A stretch of 64,000 bases of DNA from a virus: the IMG/VR virus record IMGVR_UViG_3300037189_010507, positions 26,572 through 90,571 of that record; one strand, 5' to 3'. The position numbers were made by a program, and so were the translations under genes. This document shows, piece after piece, positions 16,914 through 27,301 of the stretch; the stretch's first letter is position 1, and each line of letters starts with the position of its first letter. The notes under the pieces are model-generated. The model was given only the letters and a program-made list of their open reading frames with translations, made no database searches and was not told where the DNA came from.

Positions 16914-17199
16914 TATCCTTGATCAACTCTTTAAATACATGCCATTCAATAATAGCAACCTTAACATCAGAATCTTCTCCAAGGACAACAGAAATACATG
17001 GGTATTTATGATTGGATTTCCATGCATCCTTACGCATTTTAATCCAAGCAGTTCTTGTCAATGTAAAAGATGCTCCATTGTGTTTGTAATCTAATAAAAA
17101 CTCATGGAACTCTGCATCGCCCTTCTTAAATCCTCTACCTGAATTCTTCACAGCCTTTGCTTTGTCCTTCTTGATTTCTTCTTTTTCAGTTCTTTTCAT
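16900..17199 (-). CDS. small PD-(D/E)XK endonuclease/resolvase-like protein
   Basis: E....NSGRG..KGDA....LLDYK; ATGA coupling. Confidence 0.65.
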   Translation of the reverse strand: MKRTEKEEIKKDKAKAVKNSGRGFKKGDAEFHEFLLDYKHNGASFTLTRTAWIKMRKDAWKSNHKYPCISVVLGEDSDVKVAIIEWHVFKELIKDSDYE

Positions 17200-17645
17200 A
17201 GTAGCGCCCATACATAACTTGGCTCATCAACTGGTTTTTCTGTAACATCGTCAAACTTATCACAGTACCAATCCCAGTGTTTCCATGCTAACTTCAAGCG
17301 GTGTGATCGGTGAATGTCTTCACGACCAAACCAATATGGCATTACTAGCTTATCATAATTTATGACTTCAAGCTTCATTGTATTGTTATAACCACGATTA
17401 ATCCATTGCTCAACTGATTCATTAAAATAAAGTTTCAATGCTTCTTCGTAACCTCTCCACATTCTTGTAACAACATGGTTCTCCCAGCCATAATAAAATG
17501 TCCCATCCTTTTTCATCTTCGGCTGAACTCTTTTCAAAAGAACATTCAAGACCTGATGTGTTTCAACACGCTGTTTCCCAAGTCTTTTATAATCAAGAAC
17601 TTGTAGCGATTCTTTGAAATCTGGATACGGTAAAAATGTTTGCAT
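17196..17645 (-). CDS. pyrimidine-dimer DNA glycosylase (DenV/MSMEG_6728-like)
   Basis: MQTFLPYPDF...LDYKRLGKQRVE..Q, H...MWRGYE.AL and HRSHR. Confidence 0.88.
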   Translation of the reverse strand: MQTFLPYPDFKESLQVLDYKRLGKQRVETHQVLNVLLKRVQPKMKKDGTFYYGWENHVVTRMWRGYEEALKLYFNESVEQWINRGYNNTMKLEVINYDKLVMPYWFGREDIHRSHRLKLAWKHWDWYCDKFDDVTEKPVDEPSYVWALL

Positions 17646-17736
17646 AGATGCCTCCTATTTAGACGGTGTGCAGAATATACCACAATGGCAAATGATAATA
17701 GGGGGTAAGGAGGATTTTTTATTTTTTATTTCTGGG

Positions 17737-17862
17737 TTATTCCCAAAAAATATCTTCATCAAAGTCCTCTTCAACCTTCTTTATTAAAGCAATTGTGCCA
17801 ACAACGAGAAGTCCAGAGGCTACTAAAAATGGTAGTGATACTAATACTAGGAGTCTTTTCAT
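17737..17862 (-). CDS. 41-aa single-TM peptide (not in ORF track)
   Basis: ATGA overlap with the recA stop; MKRLLVLVSLPFLVASGLLVVGTIALIKKVEEDFDEDIFWE. Confidence 0.6.
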   Translation of the reverse strand: MKRLLVLVSLPFLVASGLLVVGTIALIKKVEEDFDEDIFWE

Positions 17863-18773
17863 CCTAATATTTTAGCACTAATTTCCTCAATTTGCTTATC
17901 AGTAAGCTCAATCTTACCCATACCATTCCACTTCTGATCTCCGTAGAAAAACCAAGCACCCCTGCGCTCAATAATATTCATCTCAATTGCAATATCAAGC
18001 ATTTCACGATATTTATCAATCATACCCTCTTGAGGGAGAACATAATACTGTCCATGTGTCCCAATGCTTGGGATCTGTTTTGTCTTTTCAATTGTCCATG
18101 TTACTTTTTGAGATGTAATCATATTAACTTCATCTCTTTCCATTTCCTTTGACGACATGGATAGAAATAACTTAACAATATTATGCATATTATGATGAAC
18201 CGTATTACCCATCTTTGCTTTTGTTATTGCATACATTCCTGACAAGTCAATCGTCTGGTGAGCAACAAAGATCATCATATTCCTCTCTTTATGGAGATAG
18301 TTTACGAGCTTCTGAAGAAGAAAGCCTTGTGAGCGAGATTGAAGACCCATTGCCTTACCGCCTTCAGGCTTGTCATAAAACTCTTCTTTAATAATATTTG
18401 AAAGAGAGTCAAACAAGAAAATATGCTTCTCTTCTTCGTGAGTAAGATATGGATGGATATTCTTCAGAATGTCTTCAACAACTGTTGATTGAATAACTAC
18501 AATGTCATCAATATCAATACCACACTTAGCAGCATACTCTTCGTTAAATGAATACTCTGAGTCAACAATTACTGGTCTAAAACCTCTACTCTGTGCTTCA
18601 GCTAAAATTCTAAAACACATTGTTGACTTACCTACTGATGGAGTACCCCAGAACAAATGTGTTGCGCCTGTATTTAGACCTCCACCTAATGCGCGATTAA
18701 GTCCAACACTAGGGGTTGGAATAACCTCATGCACTGGCATTTGGTCGCCTTTTCTTTTATCTACAATTAACAT
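17859..18773 (-). CDS. recA: RecA/UvsX-like recombinase
   Basis: TPSVGLNRALGGG, Walker A GTPSVGKST, VDSE, FDSL and GAWF motifs. Confidence 0.9.
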   Translation of the reverse strand: MLIVDKRKGDQMPVHEVIPTPSVGLNRALGGGLNTGATHLFWGTPSVGKSTMCFRILAEAQSRGFRPVIVDSEYSFNEEYAAKCGIDIDDIVVIQSTVVEDILKNIHPYLTHEEEKHIFLFDSLSNIIKEEFYDKPEGGKAMGLQSRSQGFLLQKLVNYLHKERNMMIFVAHQTIDLSGMYAITKAKMGNTVHHNMHNIVKLFLSMSSKEMERDEVNMITSQKVTWTIEKTKQIPSIGTHGQYYVLPQEGMIDKYREMLDIAIEMNIIERRGAWFFYGDQKWNGMGKIELTDKQIEEISAKILG

Positions 18774-18820
18774 TTACTCTTCTTTCTACTATAGATTTAT
18801 GCAATAATAACACATGGGAG

Positions 18821-19855
18821 TTACAGAGTTCCCATCCAGTTATAAACTTTTTCCGCATCGTATGCGAAATCAACATTATTCTTAAATGTTTCATAAGCTT
18901 TAACAGACATTGATTCTAAAATCTCAGAATCTGTCAATACTTTTCTTATCTTGTTAACAGCATCTTCAACAGAAAGACCGTCAAGGTTTATACTACTTTC
19001 TGCGTTAAACAACTCCTGAGCAAGTTGATTGTCGTATCCAGATCTTCTTATAATAGTTGGTCTACCACATGCATATGCATTATAAATAATATGACCATAA
19101 CCATCTCCATGATCTTTAACATGAAAAATTAAATCATCATTATTCATAGAATCAGCTAGAACTTCTGCACCGGCAATACTTCCATCACGACATTGACCGC
19201 CATAACTTTTGAATGAAAACTCTTGCAATGAATTTTCAAGATCTGTAAAATCTCTCCAGCCAATAGTTAGTTCTTGTAATATATTTATATAACTACTTAT
19301 AGTATTAGATTGAGTATGAGTCTTTGGCTTGAACAAATTAGTATCAAACTCTTGATGATAGTAAACAACATTAGCATCTTGAATATTACCTGGCTTAACA
19401 GAGCCTAAAACATTAAGACCTCTAAAAATATTTGGATTCCAGTTATTTCCAATTTGAATAATCAACTTAGCTTGAGGTTGAAACTCCTGTATTAATTTTT
19501 GAAATAGAGGAATATGCTCAGGTATTGATGCAATTATGTAATCAAATTTACGACTTTTAAATGATTCCAATGTTATAGCATTATGTATTGTTATATTTCC
19601 TGGATCATAGACGCTGTAAATGCCATCTGATTGCTCTTTCACAACATTAAGTGGAGGTGTATTGTCAGGCATAATCTGACATTCGAAATCCAAAAATTGT
19701 TTAGCAGTACTCAACTGATCATTAATAGCCCAATAACCTTCATAAAACCACTCTAGCCCGATTGGTCTATAAACTTGCATTCCCAATCGCCCTTCGAAAA
19801 GAAGAACCAGAGAGCGAAGAAGTGAGTTATGATGAAAATCAGTTAGAACATTCAT
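18821..19855 (-). CDS. GT-B fold glycosyltransferase-like protein
   Basis: DGYGHIIYNAYACGRPTI, a GT4-like C-terminal motif. Confidence 0.72.
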   Translation of the reverse strand: MNVLTDFHHNSLLRSLVLLFEGRLGMQVYRPIGLEWFYEGYWAINDQLSTAKQFLDFECQIMPDNTPPLNVVKEQSDGIYSVYDPGNITIHNAITLESFKSRKFDYIIASIPEHIPLFQKLIQEFQPQAKLIIQIGNNWNPNIFRGLNVLGSVKPGNIQDANVVYYHQEFDTNLFKPKTHTQSNTISSYINILQELTIGWRDFTDLENSLQEFSFKSYGGQCRDGSIAGAEVLADSMNNDDLIFHVKDHGDGYGHIIYNAYACGRPTIIRRSGYDNQLAQELFNAESSINLDGLSVEDAVNKIRKVLTDSEILESMSVKAYETFKNNVDFAYDAEKVYNWMGTL

Positions 19856-20604
19856 TACTTTTCAAAATAAGCTAGACCGATAGTTGCATAATTTTGAACA
19901 TCTTTAAACTGTTCATCAGTTGTGTCGTTAAAGTCTTTGCCAATTAACTCATGAAATTCTTCATACATTGATTTCGTTGTTGGCAAAGCATGCAGTTCAG
20001 CAACAATCTTATCAATCTTTGCAAGAGACTCTTCTGAAGCACCTGCAAAAGCGCTCCATTCAGCACCTTCACAGTCAATTTTTAGAATAGTTACGGCTTT
20101 TACATTCTTCAATATGTCATCAATACTGATTGTATCAACCTTAATTTCACGACCATTTGTCCAAAGATTTTCTTGCCAGTCTGAAGAATCAATTGTATTG
20201 CCAATGAAACGATGATGAGAACCACTCTCTGTTTTTTCATCCCCGTAACGAAGCACAACTTGTTTTCCGGATATCTCATTAATAGCTTTGCTATGAAGAG
20301 TAAAGTTTTTTTCCCATCCATTAGCCTTAACATTTTTCATAATAAGTTCTGCGTTTTCAGGCAATGGCTCAACAGCAATCACTTTAAAACCACGACTAAG
20401 GAGAGCGAGTGAACAACCACCAGCATGACCTCCAATATCAACAGCGATAATATCCTTATCCGCAGGAACTTCTAAACTTCCTACTTTATACTCGTCTTCC
20501 GTAATACAGGAATATAAAGTATTCCAATCATTAGTACCCTCTCTTGTGAATACCGTTAATTCTACACCCCAAGGTGTAGTAAATTTATTTTCTTCATATT
20601 GCAT
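19855..20604 (-). CDS. FkbM-family SAM-dependent methyltransferase
   Basis: VDIGGHAG, VIAVEP...N and ILKIDCEGAEW. Confidence 0.9.
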   Translation of the reverse strand: MQYEENKFTTPWGVELTVFTREGTNDWNTLYSCITEDEYKVGSLEVPADKDIIAVDIGGHAGGCSLALLSRGFKVIAVEPLPENAELIMKNVKANGWEKNFTLHSKAINEISGKQVVLRYGDEKTESGSHHRFIGNTIDSSDWQENLWTNGREIKVDTISIDDILKNVKAVTILKIDCEGAEWSAFAGASEESLAKIDKIVAELHALPTTKSMYEEFHELIGKDFNDTTDEQFKDVQNYATIGLAYFEK

Positions 20605-21592
20605 TTAAGAATTCCTCCCATTGTTTAATTATTTTCTTTTTACCAAATACATCAATAGCGTAAGCTCTTTGCCTATCGCTAATTTCTTTGGCATATGCAT
20701 CGTTGTCAAGCAACTCTTGTGTTTGTGAGATCATTTCTTCAACGCTTCCACAAACAATTCCACCAAGACTCCTAAGAATCTCCTCAACCTCATAGAAGTC
20801 AAAGTTATAAATTATATTAGCCATTTGATTATTAATAGCAACAATTGGCAATCCCATCATTAAAGCTTCAATAAATGAAAGAGTGTATGAAGCAGGAGCA
20901 GTTCCACCATATGGCATAACCCTTGCCTCTTGCATTCTCTTTATTTGTGCTTCATACGGAATTGCACCACCATTGTAATGACCTAAATCTTCATTACCAG
21001 GGCCATACACAGTTCCATCAAATTTTTCTATTACAGCCATTACTTCATCGTAATGACAATGACTTCTTCGCCCCTTTAAAGACTGAGCGAAATTAACAAC
21101 ATTGCGACCATCTCCAGTCCAGCCAGATAATTCATCTTCGTCTTTATAGAAACGAATAAGAACATCTTCTCCGATATAGTTAGATAATCTTCTTTCATTT
21201 GGAGAATATCTAATAATCTTTAATCCCTCATCACGCATTGGCTTTAAAGTTGCCTCAACGCCTTCGGTTGACTGACCGATTGTTCTCCAGATAACTTTCT
21301 TATGCTTAATCCTATCCCAGTTATGAACAATAACATCAGGAGAATGCATAACTATAAGAACATCAAATGGTTCAATCAATTCATTAGGCAAGTTAGTTTT
21401 AGGAAAATTAGTCGCAAAAGGAACATATTCTTCATAATACTTAGCACCCTTAATTCCGGGTCTTGGGTGTGTTATATGCCCCGCAGGATCAATATACGCA
21501 CCATTAGAGAATACTTCATGCCCTAAGTCTGTCAGTAGCTGTACTTCATCATATTCCAGAATAGAATGGCAGCTTAAATAATGTATTTTCAT
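20594..21592 (-). CDS. GT-B fold glycosyltransferase
   Basis: SYTLSFIEALMMGLPIV and C-terminal F.......QW. Confidence 0.8.
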   Translation of the reverse strand: MKIHYLSCHSILEYDEVQLLTDLGHEVFSNGAYIDPAGHITHPRPGIKGAKYYEEYVPFATNFPKTNLPNELIEPFDVLIVMHSPDVIVHNWDRIKHKKVIWRTIGQSTEGVEATLKPMRDEGLKIIRYSPNERRLSNYIGEDVLIRFYKDEDELSGWTGDGRNVVNFAQSLKGRRSHCHYDEVMAVIEKFDGTVYGPGNEDLGHYNGGAIPYEAQIKRMQEARVMPYGGTAPASYTLSFIEALMMGLPIVAINNQMANIIYNFDFYEVEEILRSLGGIVCGSVEEMISQTQELLDNDAYAKEISDRQRAYAIDVFGKKKIIKQWEEFLNAI

Positions 21593-22677
21593 CAGCCCTT
21601 AACCTCTTGTAAAATCTCTTCTGCTCTTTTAATGTATGGCTGGGATACTTTCTCCCAAGTCATATTCTCATTAATATAAATAGCGCTCTCATATGTTCTC
21701 CGAGCAACTTCTTCGTAGTGCTCAGCAACATATAGCATCTTATCACACAAGTCGTCAAAGATTGGCTCTGCCCATTCACCGCAGTTCTCATACCTTCCAA
21801 ACATTCTCCATGTCCCCCATCTAAAATCAAGAGGAACAGACATATGAGCAAACTCTGTACAGGCTAATACATTTGTGCAAATTGTTGGAATACCTTTTGC
21901 AATTGCTTGGAATGGAAGGTTACCCCATCCTTCTCCGCTAGTCGGATACAAGACGCAATCAGCCATGTCGAATATTCTGCCGAGTTCTTCATGAGATACC
22001 TCTTCGTCAATAACTTCAATCTGAGGATGCCTAAGACCATTGACTTCTCCATTGCGATAGATTCTGCCATCAGGATCTCCATTAGATTTATAAATTAAAC
22101 GGTAGTCATCATTTCCCTCAAACATTCTTAAAAATGCATCAACCGCCATCTGAGAATTCTTACGACTAGATGGCGAGCCAATAGACAAAAATGTAAATGT
22201 AGAATGAGGTGTCCTTAACTTAGGGAAATAGATATTAGGGTCAACACCTAACTTAAATTCGTACACAGGCCGCTGAATTCCTGAAGCAATGAAAACCTTT
22301 TGCATGTACGAACTGCATGTCCAAATCTCATCCATTTGATTACATAGTTTTACCCAATGATCGGGGAGTCTATTTGTTTCCCAGAATGTAAACCCAACCG
22401 AATAAATCCGTGACTTTACAAACCCCTCCGGTACGGAATGATTAATGATGACCTCTCCAGAGCAATCATCCTTTTCCATATATCCAAATCCGATTCCGAG
22501 TCCTTGCATTTCAGCAAGTTCGGGTGGCACTTGAATCTTCCCAATCTCATCCCAATTTGTGGGCTTACTCCTGCGGATTGGCAATCCGCTTGTGCCGATG
22601 AAATCCCATAGACGGTCAGGGGTATAGCCATAGCCTTCACTAAATTTCGGTATTTGGTTATCCGACCATACTAGCAT
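21592..22677 (-). CDS. GT4-family glycosyltransferase
   Basis: TFWET, GVD...YFP, RKN and PTSGEGWGNLPFQAIAKGIPTI. Confidence 0.88.
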   Translation of the reverse strand: MLVWSDNQIPKFSEGYGYTPDRLWDFIGTSGLPIRRSKPTNWDEIGKIQVPPELAEMQGLGIGFGYMEKDDCSGEVIINHSVPEGFVKSRIYSVGFTFWETNRLPDHWVKLCNQMDEIWTCSSYMQKVFIASGIQRPVYEFKLGVDPNIYFPKLRTPHSTFTFLSIGSPSSRKNSQMAVDAFLRMFEGNDDYRLIYKSNGDPDGRIYRNGEVNGLRHPQIEVIDEEVSHEELGRIFDMADCVLYPTSGEGWGNLPFQAIAKGIPTICTNVLACTEFAHMSVPLDFRWGTWRMFGRYENCGEWAEPIFDDLCDKMLYVAEHYEEVARRTYESAIYINENMTWEKVSQPYIKRAEEILQEVKG

Positions 22678-25600
22678 TCTTTAATCCTTTCATATCTATG
22701 TACTGTTCAATTGGAATCATTGATCTCTCATTCTCAATCTTGTATGAGTCCAATCTTGTTAGAGTTTTCTTATCTTCAATTTTAGCAAGTTTTGCAGCAT
22801 ACCATGTGTTCTTTTTGATAATACTTTTCAACTTTCCGAACACCGAAGGGAATAGAACGATCTTAAAGATTTGTTCTCCATCCCAGCAATACAAGTTAGC
22901 CATATCCTTACCAGTCTGTGTGGTAAAGAATCGTGTGTGGAAGATGTACAACAATGTTTTTTCGTTATTAACGCTCCCCAACCCCGATGGATACAGCCAC
23001 CCAAAGTCATGCTCCAAGCCTTTGGCTCTCAATTTGATGAAGTCATGCAATGGTGTATCAATATAGTTAAAAGCGTCACTAAAGGCATGAAGCGTTCGGT
23101 CACCGATAAGGGCATAGAGATAGTCTCTGACGGCCACCTCGGTATCACGCTCTGCAAACACCGTAGCGGAGCCTGAGGCATCTTCAAATTCAATTCGGAG
23201 GTATTGGGGGGTTTTCTTAGTAGAACGCACCACAGCCTTAACCAGCGTCAATGGAGAGTTGATTTCGTGGAAGTTTGCTATGTCCTCTACGAATTCATCC
23301 ATTTCGTTTCTATCCGAAGCCAATGTGATGGGGAATCCTAGGATTGGTAGGTAGTATCTTTCGTGCTCATATTGGGATTCAAACCCGATTGATTTGAAAG
23401 CACCTACCTTTTCCAAGTTTTCTTTGACATTGGATCTTACGGCTCTCTTAGAGCATTTGTTTACGAATTCATCGTAAGAGTTAAATGGTCTCTTTGAAGT
23501 AATCTCTTCAATTGCTGTCTTTCCACAAGCCTGAACATTGCTCAACCCGAAACGGATGCCCTCTACTCCATCTTCACTACCGATAGTGAAGAACTCGTCT
23601 GATTCATTAATATCAGGAGGGAGAACCTTAACCCCAAGTCTTTGTGCTTCCATAAGGTATGCAGTAATCTTATCTGTTGAGTCCTCGTTGCAAAGCAATG
23701 CCCAAGTGAACTCAAGAGGATAATAAACTTTTAACCACATTGTCTGGTATGATAGCATTGAATATGCAACAGCATGAGACTTGTTAAACATGTATAAGGC
23801 TGCTAACTCAAAGTCAGCCCAAATCTTTTCTGCTTTCTCTCTCGTAATGTATTTGTTATTGACGAACTTTTCTCTATACTCATCAAATCCAGCAGCATCA
23901 CGCTTCTTACCAATGATCTTACGAAGTTTGTCTGCTTCTGACCAAGTAAAGTCAGCAAGCAATACAGCCATTTGCATTAACTGTTCTTGGAAGATAACTG
24001 TTCCATATGTTTCACGGAGAATATCCTCTACTAATGGATGAGGATATCTAGGCTTCTTTTCACCCTTCTTGCATTCAATATAAGTTTTACCCTGAGAAAG
24101 TAGCGCACCCGGTCTTACAAGAGCGTTGCTAACAACCAAGTCATTAAAGTCATCAATGCCCATTCGTTCAATGAGATTCCTATAAGCAGCGGCATCAGCT
24201 TGGAACACACCAACTGTGTTACCGTTTGCAATGTTTTGATATACAGACTTGTCATCAAGCCTGAGTGATTCTTCTGTAACATCTACACCTGTTCTTTCTT
24301 TAATCTTGGAAATGCAATCTTTAATAACCGATACTGTTTTTAGACCCAATACGTCAATCTTAATTAGACCAACTGCTTCAGCGTCTTCCATATCAAAAGC
24401 AGTTACAACAGATCTAACTCCTGAGTTAACATCTTTTCTTGTCTCTACAGGACAGATATCAGTCAATGGAATTGAAGAAACAACCATACCAGCAGCATGA
24501 ATGCCTGCGTTACGAATTCGGCCTTCTAATTGTTTGGATAGTTTTGCAACATCAGGATACTTCTTACAGAAAATTTTACCTTTATCTGATGTTTCAAGTT
24601 CTTCTAATGTCTCAAAGTATGGAGTGATTGCATTAATCTCTTGGAATGGAACTTGATAAACTCTAGATACATCCTTGACAGCAGACTTTGGCTTGTATGT
24701 TCCATAAGTTGTGATAGCAGCAACATTGTCATGCCCCCATCTTTCACGAAGATAGTTTCTAACTTCATGTCTGCGCTTATCTTCAAAGTCTAAGTCAATG
24801 TCAGGATAGTCGTTACGGTCTGGGTTAATAAAACGCGCAAATAACAAACTATACTTGATTGGATCAACTTTAGAAATGTCCAACAAGAAAGCCAAGATAC
24901 TTCCACCGACAGAGCCTCGACCTGTACCACGACCAATGTTGTTCTGATCTGCCCATTTAACCAAGTCCCATACAATCAGGAAGTAGTCAGCAAAACCTAA
25001 TTGCTTAATAATTGCCAATTCTTCATCAAGACGAGTCTTGTATTCTTCACCGTATCCTCTTGATTGCAATTCAAATTCAGTAATCTCACGAAGATAGTCA
25101 TCGGAATTAAATAACTTTGAATATTTAGGTAAAAGATTTGCTCTCTTTTGCAGTCTAGCAGTACACTTGTCTGCTACCTCAATAGTATTTTCTAAGAATG
25201 ATGCATTTGAATAACCCGCATCTTGAAACCAGCTAAATACAGTTTCAGCGTCTGCAACATATGGGTTAATCTCATCAAAGCGTAAGAAACGATTTGGGTA
25301 CATCTTATTAATCTTGTCAACAACTGACGCACTTGGATCATTAATAATTGAACTATTTTCTTTAGCCAATCTTTCCTCTGCTGCTCCCATACTTGGATAC
25401 TGTGATACCATGAGAAGAACTTCCTCACAACCTCTATCGTCATGAGTTGGGAAATGACAGTCAGCAGTGCCAACTACTTTCTTATTAAAATGCTCTGCTA
25501 AGTTAATTAGACCGTCATTAATATTCTTTGGGTTCCAAGCCTGTACTTCAAAGTAAAAGTCATCCTTAAAGATTTTAATAAATCTTTCAGACAACTGCTC

Positions 25601-26062
25601 TGCCCTTGCATAGTTCTTATTTTCAATAGCCTTAGAGATTGCACTACCCATACATCCCGATAGTGCAATAATGTCATCATCAACTAATGATTCAAGAAGT
25701 TCAAAATCCATTCTTGGTTTGTAATAAAAGTTATTAGTCCAACCGACTCTTGATGCTTTAAATAACTTCTGTAAACCTTCGTTGTTCTTAGCCAAAAGAA
25801 TTAAGTGATATCTTTCGTGCTTTCCATCACCATCACTTCCGACTGATGGGACAAAGTATGCTTCAATGCCAAATATTGGCTTTACATTTTGCTTATCACA
25901 AGCTTCTTGAAATTTTAAAACACCACCCATTGTTCCATGATCGGTAATAGCAGCAGCATACTGCCCATTCCTACTTGATGTTCTTGCAATTTCTTCTGGT
26001 GTTGACATACCATCCAATAGTGAATACTCTGAATGGCAGTGTAGGTGAACAAAATCAGTCAT
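22658..26062 (-). CDS. dnaE: DNA polymerase III alpha subunit with intact PHP domain
   Basis: HLHCHSEYSLLDG, TDHG, GRGS, PDIDLD, GIHAAG, KIDVLGL and FNKSHAVAY. Confidence 0.97.
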   Translation of the reverse strand: MTDFVHLHCHSEYSLLDGMSTPEEIARTSSRNGQYAAAITDHGTMGGVLKFQEACDKQNVKPIFGIEAYFVPSVGSDGDGKHERYHLILLAKNNEGLQKLFKASRVGWTNNFYYKPRMDFELLESLVDDDIIALSGCMGSAISKAIENKNYARAEQLSERFIKIFKDDFYFEVQAWNPKNINDGLINLAEHFNKKVVGTADCHFPTHDDRGCEEVLLMVSQYPSMGAAEERLAKENSSIINDPSASVVDKINKMYPNRFLRFDEINPYVADAETVFSWFQDAGYSNASFLENTIEVADKCTARLQKRANLLPKYSKLFNSDDYLREITEFELQSRGYGEEYKTRLDEELAIIKQLGFADYFLIVWDLVKWADQNNIGRGTGRGSVGGSILAFLLDISKVDPIKYSLLFARFINPDRNDYPDIDLDFEDKRRHEVRNYLRERWGHDNVAAITTYGTYKPKSAVKDVSRVYQVPFQEINAITPYFETLEELETSDKGKIFCKKYPDVAKLSKQLEGRIRNAGIHAAGMVVSSIPLTDICPVETRKDVNSGVRSVVTAFDMEDAEAVGLIKIDVLGLKTVSVIKDCISKIKERTGVDVTEESLRLDDKSVYQNIANGNTVGVFQADAAAYRNLIERMGIDDFNDLVVSNALVRPGALLSQGKTYIECKKGEKKPRYPHPLVEDILRETYGTVIFQEQLMQMAVLLADFTWSEADKLRKIIGKKRDAAGFDEYREKFVNNKYITREKAEKIWADFELAALYMFNKSHAVAYSMLSYQTMWLKVYYPLEFTWALLCNEDSTDKITAYLMEAQRLGVKVLPPDINESDEFFTIGSEDGVEGIRFGLSNVQACGKTAIEEITSKRPFNSYDEFVNKCSKRAVRSNVKENLEKVGAFKSIGFESQYEHERYYLPILGFPITLASDRNEMDEFVEDIANFHEINSPLTLVKAVVRSTKKTPQYLRIEFEDASGSATVFAERDTEVAVRDYLYALIGDRTLHAFSDAFNYIDTPLHDFIKLRAKGLEHDFGWLYPSGLGSVNNEKTLLYIFHTRFFTTQTGKDMANLYCWDGEQIFKIVLFPSVFGKLKSIIKKNTWYAAKLAKIEDKKTLTRLDSYKIENERSMIPIEQYIDMKGLKNASMVG

Positions 26063-26579
26063 TGATTTCCAATTCTAATAGACCGCCGATTGTCGGCAGT
26101 TCGTTCCAATATTTGCGATTGTACCATGCTTTTCTAAGGAAAGCATTATGACCTTCCTCAAGAAGTGTGATTACTTCATTTGGGTTATCTTCTACAATGA
26201 ATTCAGGATTTAATTCTTTAATTACATTGTGCTTTTCACCCATCTTACAGAAGATAGGCTTCATAGTGTTTATCTTCCACTCATCAAGCCATTGCTCTGT
26301 TACTTCAATAGATGCAGGAGTCCGTCTAGCAGTAACAATATATACATCATTTCCGTTAGAAAACCACTTATTAACTTGATGCCATGCATCTTCAAAAGGT
26401 TTTAAATTTTTCCAAAATAAAGATGAACTCATTATTTCATCTGATAATTCGCATTCATGATGCGTAGTTAGCCATTCTGTATAATCATAATCAAAATGGC
26501 CTCTTTCTTCAAGTTCTATATTTAACGCTTCGCCAATGTCTGCGATTACGCCATCTAGGTCTAAGGCTATCTTTTTCAT
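26055..26579 (-). CDS. HAD-family 5'(3')-deoxyribonucleotidase-like protein
   Basis: DLDGVIAD, IVTAR, K...IVEDNP and AWYN. Confidence 0.85.
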   Translation of the reverse strand: MKKIALDLDGVIADIGEALNIELEERGHFDYDYTEWLTTHHECELSDEIMSSSLFWKNLKPFEDAWHQVNKWFSNGNDVYIVTARRTPASIEVTEQWLDEWKINTMKPIFCKMGEKHNVIKELNPEFIVEDNPNEVITLLEEGHNAFLRKAWYNRKYWNELPTIGGLLELEIND

Positions 26580-26591
26580 AAAATGAGGATT

Positions 26592-26617
26592 GGGGAGTGG
26601 TTTTTACACCACTCCCC
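26592..26617 (-). promoter_or_regulatory. GC-rich hairpin between ssb and the nucleotidase gene
   Basis: GGGGAGTGGT/ACCACTCCCC 10-bp stem directly downstream of TATGAT (26624-26629). Confidence 0.5.
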
Positions 26618-26638
26618 TTTCGCATCATACCTTTCTAA

Positions 26639-27286
26639 TTACCACTCTTCTTTGGTGATTTCGCCAGTCGTATAGAAACGCTCTTGCTTATCGTATGGCA
26701 ATGTCAAATAAGTGTTTTCAAGTTCATGCATAGGCAGTTGCTTAATTTCACTTGTCATTTCTGAGACACTCAATGGAATAAGGCTGTAGTTAGTGTCAGA
26801 TGCTCCTGAGCCTTGACGAGAATACTTGTAGTCACGATCAGTGATTGTTCCAAATTCCTTTGCGTACTCAATCAAGATTGCACCAATATGACGCTGATTG
26901 AAAGTAGTGTCAATGATTCGTGGTTCCCAAACTCCCGGCTCAACCTCAACTGCAACATTAATAATCAAGTGAGTCTTTGGTCTCCAAGCCTTATCCTTAT
27001 GAACTTGCTCTGAGGCCCAGCATCTAAAACCAAACTTTTCAATCTGGGCAGTAGAAGCTGCTCTCCATTTCCAGTTAATTGGAGAAGTAATAACAGGAAC
27101 CATGATCCCTGTTCCAAACTTCTCATCGTAGCCTTTTCCATCCTCAGTTAGTTCCTGACGGAAACGAACTTTAACGGACTCTCCAGCGCCAATTGTTAGA
27201 TACTTCTTAGTGCCAGTCTTTTGTGCACCTGCTACTGGTGCTACTGTCTTTTCTAATTCTGATAGTGTTTTTACTGATTTAAACAT
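26639..27286 (-). CDS. probable single-stranded DNA-binding protein
   Basis: position between primase and polymerase; GESVKVRF...DYKYSRQG.GA.DT.YSL (gp32-like); acidic C-terminus. Confidence 0.7.
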   Translation of the reverse strand: MFKSVKTLSELEKTVAPVAGAQKTGTKKYLTIGAGESVKVRFRQELTEDGKGYDEKFGTGIMVPVITSPINWKWRAASTAQIEKFGFRCWASEQVHKDKAWRPKTHLIINVAVEVEPGVWEPRIIDTTFNQRHIGAILIEYAKEFGTITDRDYKYSRQGSGASDTNYSLIPLSVSEMTSEIKQLPMHELENTYLTLPYDKQERFYTTGEITKEEW

Positions 27287-27301
27287 TTGTTTATACCTTC
27301 C

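Noticed and set aside
22658-26062. Intein or intron in dnaE, terL, the helicase or the TMP
   Set aside because: dnaE, terL and helicase lengths are normal and their motifs contiguous; no C...HN splice motifs or LAGLIDADG blocks were recognised, including in the TMP insert.
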